A stretch of 64,000 nucleotides of DNA from Scyliorhinus canicula (Eukaryota), in the NCBI RefSeq assembly GCF_902713615.1, contig NC_052153.1, forward strand, positions 80,108,608 through 80,172,607. The letters run 5' to 3'. Below, one piece after another: positions 51,023 to 61,140 of the stretch. The notes beneath the pieces are model-generated. The model was not told where the DNA came from. It made no database searches and saw only the letters and a list, made by a program, of their open reading frames with translations. Every line of letters begins with the position of its first letter. The first letter of the stretch is position 1. The position numbers were made by a program, and so were the translations under genes.

Positions 51023-51938
51023 TATGGAGTATGGTGGAGGAGAGGACTAGATTATTTTGGAGGGAACGATCTCTGCGGAATGCTGACAGAGGGAGTGAAG
51101 GGAAGATGTGTTCGGTGGTGGCATCAGCTGGAGTTGGCGAAAATGGCGGAGGCTGGTGGGATGTAATGTGAGAACGAGGGGGACTCTATCCTTGTTCCGG
51201 AGGGGGCAAGGGTAGTGGCGTGGGAGATGGACTGCACATTGTTGAGGGCCTAGGCCTAGTCAACAACTGTAGCTGGGAAACCACGGTCGAGGAAGAAGGA
51301 ACACATTTTTGAAGCACCATTTGGAAAGTGGCAAAATCGGAACAAATGCGACGGAGGCGAAGGAGTTGGGAGAAAGGGATGGAGTCCTTACAGGGTGTTT
51401 GGGTGAGAAGAGCTGTAGTCCAGATAGCTGTGGGAGTCAGTGGGCTTGTAATGGCTATTAGTAGATAGTCCATTGCCAGAGATGGAGACAGATGGGAAGG
51501 GAAGTGTCTGAGTTGGACCAGGTGAAAGTGATGGAGGGATGGAAACTGGAAGCGAAGTTGATGTATTTTTCCAGGTCCGGACGAGAGCATGAAGCAGCAC
51601 CAAAATAGTTATCAATGTATCGGTAAAGGAGTTGTGGGAGGGGACCTGGATAGGCCTGGAACAAGGAATGTTCCACATACCCAATAAAAAGGCAAGCGAA
51701 GCTCGGACCCACGCGGGTACCCATTGCTACACCTTTGATTTGGAGAAACTCAGACACTTCCCTTCCCTTCCTTGATCTTTCTGTCTCCATCTTTTGTTCT
51801 CTCTGGGGACTGCCATTAGCACTCTTTCCCCTTGGTTTCTGTGGCCATTAGCACCCGGTTTCCCTGGGTTTCTGTGGCTATGACACATCTTTCATTCTCA
51901 CTCCACAGTATAAATATTTCCCAATTTCTCTGTCTGTT

Positions 51939-51976
51939 AGCTTTGACAAAAAGTCATTGGACTCGAAACGTTAGCT
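51939..51976 (+). ncRNA. Minimal hammerhead motif, U3-A8 core variant, in Penelope inverted repeat
   Basis: AGCT-TTGACAA-A-aAGTC-attg-GACTC-GAA-ACGT-T-AGCT; one mismatch at the base of stem II. Confidence 0.65.
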
Positions 51977-52234
51977 CTTTTCTCTTCCTACAGATGTGGC
52001 CAGACCTTAAGTCCAGCTCAGTTTCTGGTCAATGGCACCGACAGTGAGGGATTTAGCGATGGTAAGGCTATTGAATGTCAAGAGGCGATGGCTAGTTTCT
52101 CTTTTGTTGGAGATGGTCATTGCCTGGCATTTGTGGCACAAATGTTACTTGCCACTTATCAACTCAAGCCTCAATGTGTCCATGTCTTGCTGCATTTGCA
52201 TGTTGACTGCTTCATTATCTGAGGAGTCTCAACA

Positions 52235-52410
52235 GGGGCTGGTTTAGCACAGTGGGCTAAACAGCTGGCTTGTAATGCAGAGCAATGCCAGCAGCACGGG
52301 TTCAATTCCTGTACCAGCCTCCCCGAACACGCGCCGGAATGTGGCGACCAGGGGATTTTCACAGTAACTTCATTGAAGCCTACTTGTGACAAGAAGCGAT
52401 TATTATTATT
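52235..52410 (+). mobile_element. Third tRNA-derived SINE family (other copies ~2192-2345, 37922-38130, 43006-43174, 52826-53001, all minus)
   Basis: ggggctggtttagcacagtgggctaaa head, gggttcaattcc B box, and tail cacagtaacttcattgaagcctacttgtgac followed by (att)n. Confidence 0.8.
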
Positions 52411-53737
52411 GAATGGTGGGGCAGCACGGTGGCACAGTGGTTAGCATTGCTGCCTACGGTGCTGAGGACCTGGGTTCGAATCCCGGCCCTGGGTCACTGT
52501 CCATGTGGAGTTTGCACATTCTCCCCGTGTCTGCATGGGTTTCACCCCCACAACCCAAAAGATGTGCAGGGTAGGTGGATTGGCCACACTAAATTGCCCC
52601 TTAATTGGAAAAAATAATTGGGTACTCTAAATTTATAAAAAAAAAGAAATTAAAAAAAAAGAAATTAAAAAATTATTGAATGGTGAACATTGTATAATCA
52701 TCAACAAACATCCCCATTTCTTTAAAAAAAATATTAATTTAGAGAACCCAATTCATTTTTTCCAATTAAGGGGCAATTTAGCGTGGCCGATACACCTAGC
52801 CTGCACATCTTTGGTTTGTGGGGGCAAAATGAAAATGAAAATCGCTTATTGTCACAAGTAGGCTTCAAATGAAGTTACTTTGAAAAGCCCCGAGTCGCCA
52901 CATTCCGGCGCCGTTCGGGGAGGCTAGTACGGGATTGAACTGTGCTGCTTGCCTGCCTCGGTCTGCTTTCAAAGCTAGCGATTTAGCCCTTTGCTAAACC
53001 AGAAACCCACGTAAACACGGGGAGAATGTGCAAACTCCACACGGACAGTGACCCTGAGACAGGATCGAACCAGGGACCTCAGCGCCATGAGGCAGCAGGG
53101 CTAACCCACAGCGCCACCGTTCTGCCCACATCCCCATTTCTGACCTTATAATGAAAGAAAGGTCATTGAGAAGCTGCTGAGTTTTGGATTGAGGACACTA
53201 CCCTGAGGAACTCCTGCATATCTTGCAACTGAGATGATTGCCCTCCAACCACCACAACCATATTCTTTTGTGCTACGTGTGGCCCCGATTCCCATCAACT
53301 CCAGTTTTGTTACATACGAATTGGGAGGATTAGGCCACTCAGCCACTCGAGCTTGATCTGCAATTCTATAAGATCATGGCTGATCTGGTTGTAACCTCAA
53401 CACCACATTCCTGAGTATCCCAAATAACTTTCCACCCGTTGTTAATCAAGAATCTATCAAGCACTGCTTAAAAATATTAAAAGATTCTGCTTAGAATGCC
53501 TTGTGAATCATTTTGTTACATGGATGATGCGTTAAGATTCCAGGTGTTCAGTTGCTTGGGCATCGTTGACTGGGCTAGCATTTATTGCCCATCTTCAATT
53601 GCCCTTGAGGGGGCAGTTAAGAGTTAACATCATTGCTTTTTAAAAATAAATTTAGTGTACCCAATTCATTTTTTCCAATTTAGGGGCAATTCATCATGGC
53701 CAATCCACCTAGCCTGCACATCCTTTGGGTTGTAGAA

Positions 53738-54730
53738 TGTAGCCACCTAAGATGGACACTGGGCTACCAAAATGGAGAACTACTAAGGCTGCAGGGAGAA
53801 AACAGTCTTAGTAAGGACAAGCAGTTTGCAGAAGGCTAATTAGCATTCTGCACGTACAAAAACCAGTTTATGGCCAGGTGCAGGATCTCAGCTTAAGGTG
53901 TAAATGGCAACAACGATTTGCATAGTAATGAGGTGATCCAGATCTGGGCCCACACAATAGAAACATTTGGGTTTGAATGGATACTTTGAGTGGACGCCCA
54001 GACGAAACGGCACCAGAAGTATCCATCACAAAGGACCCTAGAGACCGCCCCACCCATCGAGAAGAGACCCTCAGATTGGGGGGGTTTTGGAAAATATCGA
54101 TTGGAAGAAGACCCAATCGATACCTAGCAGGTGAAAGAGCCCGCCCCAAAGGGCACGGACCTCTCGGACCTATAAAAAGAAGGTCAAGCACATGATTCGG
54201 TCTGTTGCTTCCAGACTCCGGCCTAGGCTGTTGCATCCTGACTCCGACCCCAGCCTCCAGACTCCGTCTTTCATCACCGGCCATTGAGCACCAGCCATTG
54301 TTCAGTAAGTGCCAAAACAACGCTCGCTACGTGACCCAGGCATTGCTTATACTCTAGCCGACTATTAGTGAACAGAAGGTGCAGTCCAGAAAGGAACAAA
54401 GGCCTTGTCCCCTGACCTTGCTGGTTCCTACTTAGATAAGTATTTAGTCGTTTAATAGTAGAAATAAGTATTAGTCTTTAGCGTATGCATGCGGATTTAT
54501 TATATTGGTTATAATAAATATCGATCGTTTGAACTTACTAATCGGTGTACAGTTTTATTACTTTGAACCTGACCTTGATATACTTGTGAGGTGTCTAAAT
54601 ACGGCACCTGGCGACTCCGAGCAGAATTACATACACAGAGCTGTAGTAGTGTTAAGCACACGGCCTTTAAACGGAGGCGTGTTAATACACTCCAATAAAC
54701 GCGTAATACACTCAAGTAAAACGTGCAACA
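53738..54730 (+). mobile_element. ~1-kb solo LTR inserted into a V-SINE (start 53731 or 53738)
   Basis: TGT...ACA termini; TATAAAA at ~54171; AATAAA at ~54513 and ~54694; CpG retained. SINE halves lie on either side. Confidence 0.75.
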
Positions 54731-56865
54731 AGGGGCGAAACCCACGCAAACAAGGGGAGAATATGCAAATTCCACATGGACGGTGATCCAGAGCCGGGAT
54801 GGAACCCGAGACCTAAGTGCCATGAGGCAGCAATGCTAACCACTGTGTCACCGTGCTGCCCTAGTCAACCACATTGCTGTGGGTATGGAGTCACATGTAG
54901 GTCAAACCAGGCAAAGACTGCAGATTTCCGCCCCTAAAGGACATTAGTGAACTAGATGAGTTTTTACAACAATATTTCATGGTCATCATTACACTTTTAA
55001 TTCCAGATTTTTATTGAATTCAAATTTCACCAGCTGCAGTGGTGGGATTTTAACCTGATCCCCAGAGCATTACTCTGGGTCTCTGGTTGACTAGTCGAGT
55101 GACAATACCACTACGCCACCACCTCTCCAGTGTGATGATACACTGATTCCGCCTGCCCCCATATCTCATAGAAACATACTTAGAGGTAGCAGGTTGGCGC
55201 AGTGGTTAGCACTGTTGCCTCATGCCACCGATCACCCAGGTTCAATCCCTGACCCGGGTCACTGTCCATGTGGAGTTGGCACATTCTCACCGTGTCTGCG
55301 TGGGTATCCCCCACAAGCAAAGGATGCACAGGGTAGGTGGATTGGCCACGCTAAAATCCCCCTTAATTGGAAAAAACACAAAAAATAATTAAAAAAAAGA
55401 AACATACACTGAAAATGTTGGGGACCTCTGGAAGCGGCCTCCTGTTGCTCAACCACTTGGCATTTCTGCCTAAAGATTGCAGCGAACGATTCAGCCTCAT
55501 CGCATCTCCCCCAACATTAAGTTTGGGGATATTTGTGGAGCCTCCATTAATTGTCCATCACTATTCTCAGCTGGATGTGACAGGACTGCAGGTTGTGGAA
55601 TCACTTTGTTTTATCTATCACTTGCTTCTCATGCTGTTTGGTGCCCAAGTAGCCCGAGGTTGTAATTTCACCAGGTTGACACTTTTTAAGGTATGCCTAG
55701 TGCTGCTCCTGGCATGGCCTCCTGCACTCTTTATTGAACTGTGGTTGGTGTTAATGAAAGAGTGGGGGATATGCCCCGGGGGGTGGGTCTGAGGTCAATA
55801 TTGAGGACTCCCAGGGCAACTCCCTCCCAACTACATACCACCGTGCCGCTATCTCTGCTGGGTCTGAGCTTTTTTCTTCATTCCTCTAAACATCAGACAG
55901 TATATAGGCTCTTTCTGCTCCACCACTCCCTGTACAACCCCCTCATCCCAGGAATCACATTAGTGGACCTTCATTCATCCTCTGTAAAGCAAATTCATCC
56001 GTTCAAAACTGTACACAGTACTCAAATTGTACAATTGCAGCAAGACTTCCTTACTCTTGTACTCAAATTGTATTGTAATAAAGGTCTTCCGACCTGCTTG
56101 CTGTACCTGCATGTTAACTCTGTGATTCTGGGACATAGACACCTAAATCCCTCTGAACACCAACATTTAATAGTTTCTCACTACTTGAAAAATGTTTCTT
56201 TTTTTCCCATTCTTTCTATCAAAGTGAATAAACGCATTTTATTGAATCTGCCACCTTCTTTCCAACTCACTAATCTATCTATATCTCTTTCCAGGTTCTT
56301 GTATCCTCCTCACAGCTTACTTTGCTACCTAGCTTTGTACCAGCAGCTACATTACACTTGGTCTCGTCATTTAAGCTACCACTGTAGATTATAAATGGCT
56401 CGGAATTTGTACTCAAAACAGAAAATCTCTATTAGGTACAACTGCTTGTTTCTAAAACAATTCAACTTCACTACTATAGGGTTTTGTCATCTTTCTTCCA
56501 GCGCCCAAGGGTACATGCTATCTGCCCAGTGGTTCTGTTAGTCTTCAGATGAAAACAGATTCAGTATATTTTAGGTAACAACAAGGAGAAAAATAAACCT
56601 ACTCATTTGTTTTGTTGAAGACTTTACAAGGAAATATTAAGTTAAATCATTAGCACTTAAGCAAAGTGTGATTTTTAAAAGAATCTAAAGTAACGTCAAA
56701 GGTGAGTAAAAGCCATTCGACCATCATTACAATTCATATTTCTCGTCCACTAAATTTCCATCTAAAGAAGTAAACTTATTTTGAATGGTTCTCATGCTTC
56801 CTTTCTTGATGATCATAATTGGCTAATGAAGGTGTTCTGTGAACAGCGCATTGCTCAAAACTCAC

Positions 56866-57063
56866 CTAAAGGCTCTTCTGCTGGGAGTAGAGATTTGAGG
56901 GTATTGAGCCAAAAGGTCACTTGATTCAGTTGCATTTCATATGGTTCCTCTAGACTGAAAAGCACCATGTGGATAGCAGTGGAGTCATTTGCAGCAAAAT
57001 AATCATAACAGCTGTAGTAAGTAGGATTGCCAGAGAACTCCCAGACATTAAAATCACCAACCC
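56866..57063 (-). CDS. DAPK1: DAPK1 coding exon (ROC), 198 bp, phase 1-1; not in ORF track
   Basis: Manual translation GVGDFNVWEFSGNPTYYSCYDYFAANDSTAIHMVLFSLEEPYEMQLNQVTFWLNTLKSLLPAEEPL, versus human GVGDFSVWEFSGNPVYFCCYDYFAAND...EEPI. Acceptor poly-T-cag, donor G|gtgagt. Confidence 0.97.
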
Positions 57064-57184
57064 CTGAAAAAAAAAAGATAGAAATGCTTCAAATATTCTG
57101 AGGTGATCAATAATAGTTTAAAAAAGTACATGGGTTAACATTCCAATTTACTTTACTATTTCAAATTGCTGGAAAACAGCATTT

Positions 57185-58350
57185 ATAAGAACATAAGAAC
57201 TAGGAGCAGGAGTAGGCTATCCGGCCCCTCGAGCCTGCTCCGCCATTCAATTAGATCATGGCTGATCTTTTGTGGACTCAGCTCCACTTTCCGGCCCGAA
57301 TACCATAACCCTTAATCCCTTTATTCTTCAAAAAACTATCTATCTTTACCTTAAAAACATGTAATGAAGGAGCCTCAACTGCTTCACTGGGCAAGGAATT
57401 CCATAGATTCACAACCCTTTGGGTGAAGAAGTTCCTCCTAAACTCAGTCCTAAATCTACTTCCCCTTATTTTGAGGCTATGTCCCCTAGTTCTGCTGTCA
57501 CCCGCCAGTGGAAACAACCTGCCCGCATCTGTCCTATCTATTCCCTTCATAATTTTAAATGTTTCTATAAGATCCCCCCTCATCCTTCTAAATTCCAACG
57601 AGTACAGTCCCAGTCTACTCAACCTCTCCTCATAATCCAACCCCTTCAGCTCTGGGATTAACCTAGTGAATCTCCTCTGCACACCCTCCAGCACCAGTAC
57701 GTCCTTTCTCAAGTAAGGAGACCAAAACTGAACACAATACTCCAGGTGTGGCCGCACTAACACCGTATACAATTGCAACATAACCTCCCTAGTCTTAAAC
57801 TCCATCCCTCTAGCAATGAAGGACAAAATTCCATTTGCCTTCTTAATCACCTGTTGCACTTGTAAACCAACCTTCTGTGACTCATGCACTAGCACACCCA
57901 AGTCTCTCTGAACAGCGGCATGCTTTAATATTTTATCGTTTAAATAATAATCTCATTTGCTGTTATTCCTACCAAAATGGATAACCTCACATTTGTCAAC
58001 ATTGTATTCCATCTGCCAGACCCTAGCCCATTCACTTAACCTATCCAAATCCCTCTGCAGACTTCCAGTATCCTCTGCACTTTTCGCTTTACCACTCACC
58101 TTAGTGTCATCTGCAAACTTGGACACATTGCCCTTGGTCCCCAACACGGGGACCCTGAGGGACACCACTAGCTACTGATTGCCAACCAGAGAAACACCCA
58201 TTTATCCCAACTCTTTGCTTTCTATTAATTAACCAATCCTCTATCCATGCTACTACTTTACCCTTAATGCCATGCATCTTTATCTTATGCAGCAACCTTT
58301 TGTGTGGCACCTTGTCAAAGGCTTTCTGGAAATCCAGATATACCACATCA
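57185..58350 (-). mobile_element. CR1 LINE 3' portion with internal deletion near 58150
   Basis: ORFs 58107-58367, 57953-58168 and 57278-57901; (ttcttatg)n tail. Confidence 0.93.
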
Positions 58351-60657
58351 ATTTGGAAGTGCTCCATTGGGCTCAGTGTTGGACCTTTGTTGTTTGTTAT
58401 AGAATCATAGAGTTCCTACAGTGCAGAATCCCTACAGTGCAGAAGGAGGCTGTTCAGCTCATAGAGTCTGTACGAATCCTTTGGATGGGCACTCTGCCCA
58501 TTTACACTCCCCCCTGCCCTATCCCCATTATCCCGAACCTGGACATTAAGGGGCAATTGATCATGGCCAATCTACCTAAATCCACCACATCTTTGGACTG
58601 TGGGAGGAAACCAGAGCACCCAGAGGAAACCCACGCAGACACAGGGAGAACTTGCAAACTCCACACAGAGACCGGGATTAAACTTGGACCCTGGCGCTGT
58701 GATGCAGCAGTGCTAACTATTGTGCTACCGTGCCACCATGATTTCATTTTTTTTAAAAAAGAGTATTAAATTTTTTTTCCAATTAAGAGGAAATTTAGCG
58801 TGGCCAATTCACCTACCCCGCACATCTTTCTTGGGTTGTGGAGGTGAGACCCACACAGACAGGAGGTGAATGTGCAAACTTGACACGGACAGTGACCCGG
58901 GACCGGGATCGAACCTGGACCCTCTGTGCCGTGAGGCAGCAGTGTTAACCACTGCGCCACCTTGAGACCAGGAAGAAATCAGCCATGATCTGGTTGAATG
59001 ACGTTGCAGGCTCTAAAGGCTGAATTGCCTACTTCTGCTCCTAGTTCCTATGTAAAGCCAGTGGTTCCAATTTGTGGGTAAAGCGCCTAATAGGGTTGCA
59101 GAATTGTTCGCAAGAAATAAAATCACATTATTCTCATGCAGTGTAGTAATAATAGAGGGGTTTAAATATTATTGTAGGAAAGCTCTTCCTCTACAGCAGT
59201 AGGAAACAGAACAAGTCAACACACCTAGAAGCTGATTGTGAGCTGGGAATTGATGTTGTGAGCTGCAGTTTCTCTGGAATTCTGGAACTTAGTGCCTCTT
59301 TCCCTGCCCTCCCCCCCTCAATACAACCATCCAATTACAGTTTTGTCTCCTCCCCTGTTCTTGCTGATCTGTCAATCACAGCATTATGCTCCTACTTCCT
59401 GTGCTCACTGGCCCTCCGATCAAAGCCTCACCAACCCCTTTGATCCTGTATGCTCGCTGATTTTTCAAACAGTTTCCACCCCCTTTTCCCGCTCTCTACC
59501 ATCGCTTGCTCCTCTCCCTCCGTTTTGATGTTCAGCTAGTTGCCGACCTCCACTGAGTCAGCAACGGCACTCCTCTGCTCTGTGCCTCAACAGCCTTCGT
59601 AAAGATAGAGATCAGAGAATGAAAGGTGGAGCATATAGATGGAAAAGCAGAGGAGGCTTCACCTGACAGATGGGGGATAAGGAAGTGGAGATAGAGAGCT
59701 TCCTCTCAGACCAAGCCCAAGGAGCACTTAGGCCAAACCTGTAAAATGGGATTTTGACAAATTGCGTTGCAATATATGTTTGATTAGACCTGGTGAGCAA
59801 GTACATAGAAAAACATTTTTACAAAGTATTTAAAAAACATAGATTTTCATAGTTATACATTGGACAGTATTATATCTTGATTTATAATATGTACCATTTA
59901 ATGATTATACATTGAATGTTACTCTGCTGCTTTTGGTCTGGAGTCACGTTAATTTTCAAGTGTTCAAATGGAGTCACATCGAAAATGAGTTTGGGAGGTG
60001 CCGAATGAAGCAATGATTTATGAACTCATGGTGTTGAGAAAACAAGAAAAGCTCACAAGGCAGTTACATGGATGGAAGCATGGATCTTGATTGGCATACT
60101 ACTTCTGAAGTTGATGGATTTGTTCATTCCCTTGAAGGCTCTGGTTCTTGCTGGAATGGTTTGCCAGACCTCCGACACCACATCCAAGCAACTACTTACA
60201 TGAGAGTTTTGATGAAGATCGCTGGTTTATTTGATTGCAGGTAACATCACATCCAAGCCATGACATAGCTTTACCAGATTTGCAAACATGCTTGCCTCCA
60301 AATAGTTGAGTTCCCTCTCCCCTAAACCATTTATACCAAAGATCCCATGAATTATGCTGGCCAAGGTCATCTAACTCCGTCTGTGTGGGAATTAAATTTA
60401 GTTGCTTCCTGATTATATGGCTTAGCTGCTCACCACCATCAGAAGAGCACTTAGCTAATAAATGCTACACATTTTTAAACAAACTGCGTCTGTAATTGCT
60501 GCACTTGCATCACAAATTGTTTTACTCTGGTCTTGAGGAGTATTGAATTAACTTCAAATTAGTGATGTATACTGTAAATTCAATTAATCCTTTCAAACTG
60601 CTGTTTCACCTATTCAATTTTATACACCAACAATACAGTTCAAAAACTAGAAAGCTT

Positions 60658-60725
60658 GGGCGGGATTCTCCCCTACCCGGTGGGGCGGCGGGTCCCGGCG
60701 CCGAGGAGTGCCGTGAATCCCGCCC
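60658..60725. mobile_element. 68-bp internally deleted MITE
   Basis: Perfect 11-bp TIR GGGCGGGATTC / GAATCCCGCCC. Confidence 0.7.
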
Positions 60726-60848
60726 CATGAGTTTAAAAACAAGCCTCTTTAAATAAGTACTTTTTATATGAAAATTGCTTCACATTCCATTGCAGAGCAG
60801 ATATGAATTCCATGTCTTCCATTCTGTAGGAAAGTTCACATTTCTTAC

Positions 60849-61037
60849 CATTAACATTAGCATGTTGTATGTCTATAGCTTTAGTGGACTGGTCATCAGT
60901 TGCATAGTGTAGATTGTGCGTCGGTGAAACAAAAGCTTGCAGCATCCCTTTGGTTAGACTTGGTTCAAACATCATGCTCCGGCTCCTGACACTGACATTT
61001 TCACAGCCAGGGTACAGATTTGAAATGCTCACTGAAA
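60849..61037 (-). CDS. DAPK1: DAPK1 coding exon (ROC region; about human exon 21), 189 bp, phase 1-1
   Basis: Translates (V)SVSISNLYPGCENVSVRSRSMMFEPSLTKGMLQAFVSPTHNLHYATDDQSTKAIDIQHANVN(G), matching recalled human DAPK1 VSVSINNLYPGCENVSVRSRSMMFEPGLTKGML...DDQSTKAIDIQ. Acceptor tttttaag, donor G|gtaaga. Confidence 0.96.
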
Positions 61038-61140
61038 CTTAAAAATGAGAAGTTAGTCAAATAGGCTGTTTACAAATTTAATGGTTCTTAGATTAAGGTC
61101 ACAATCTAACAAAAGTAGTAAAGTTTGTTAACTATTATAT

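Larger units (their letters stand above)
48640..52007 (-). mobile_element. Penelope-like element (RT + GIY-YIG, decayed) with inverted terminal repeat; split by a CR1 insertion at ~49545-51022
   Basis: GIY-YIG motif FTCTSFNLVYCIRCSHCDLLYIGETKHRL (49165-49476). RT motifs QIKGVAMGTRVGPSFACLF...RYIDNYF (51458-51790). Segment 48665-48889 is the reverse complement of 51788-52007. Confidence 0.92.
48070..53310 (-). mobile_element. Old CR1/L2-group LINE (Zenon-like motif), fragmented by Penelope and SINE insertions
   Basis: IYKAQVRSVMEYSPLA...TIQDKAARLIG (48392-48586). Sequence resumes at ~52011 after the Penelope; GVPQGSVL at ~53200. Related fragments at ~8250-8385, 41230-42025 and 53555-55740. 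Confidence 0.7.
1543..58735. repeat. Long-type V-SINE (HE1-like) family with CR1-derived tail, ~10 copies
   Basis: Same head plus ttcctccgggtgctccggtttcctcccacagtcc; full copies end gggccgaatggcctccttctgcactgta..ttctatg. Approximate copy starts: 1543-, 2616+, 8935+, 16028+, 28144+, 34418-, 39680+, 47571-, 49618-, 58398-. Confidence 0.88.

Noticed and set aside
55741-56394. 217-aa ORF
   Set aside because: Antisense reading of a decayed CR1 fragment.
59059-60002. Possible old hAT-like non-autonomous element (also an end at ~20280-20351)
   Set aside because: Termini too degenerate and no 8-bp TSD seen; not reported as a feature.
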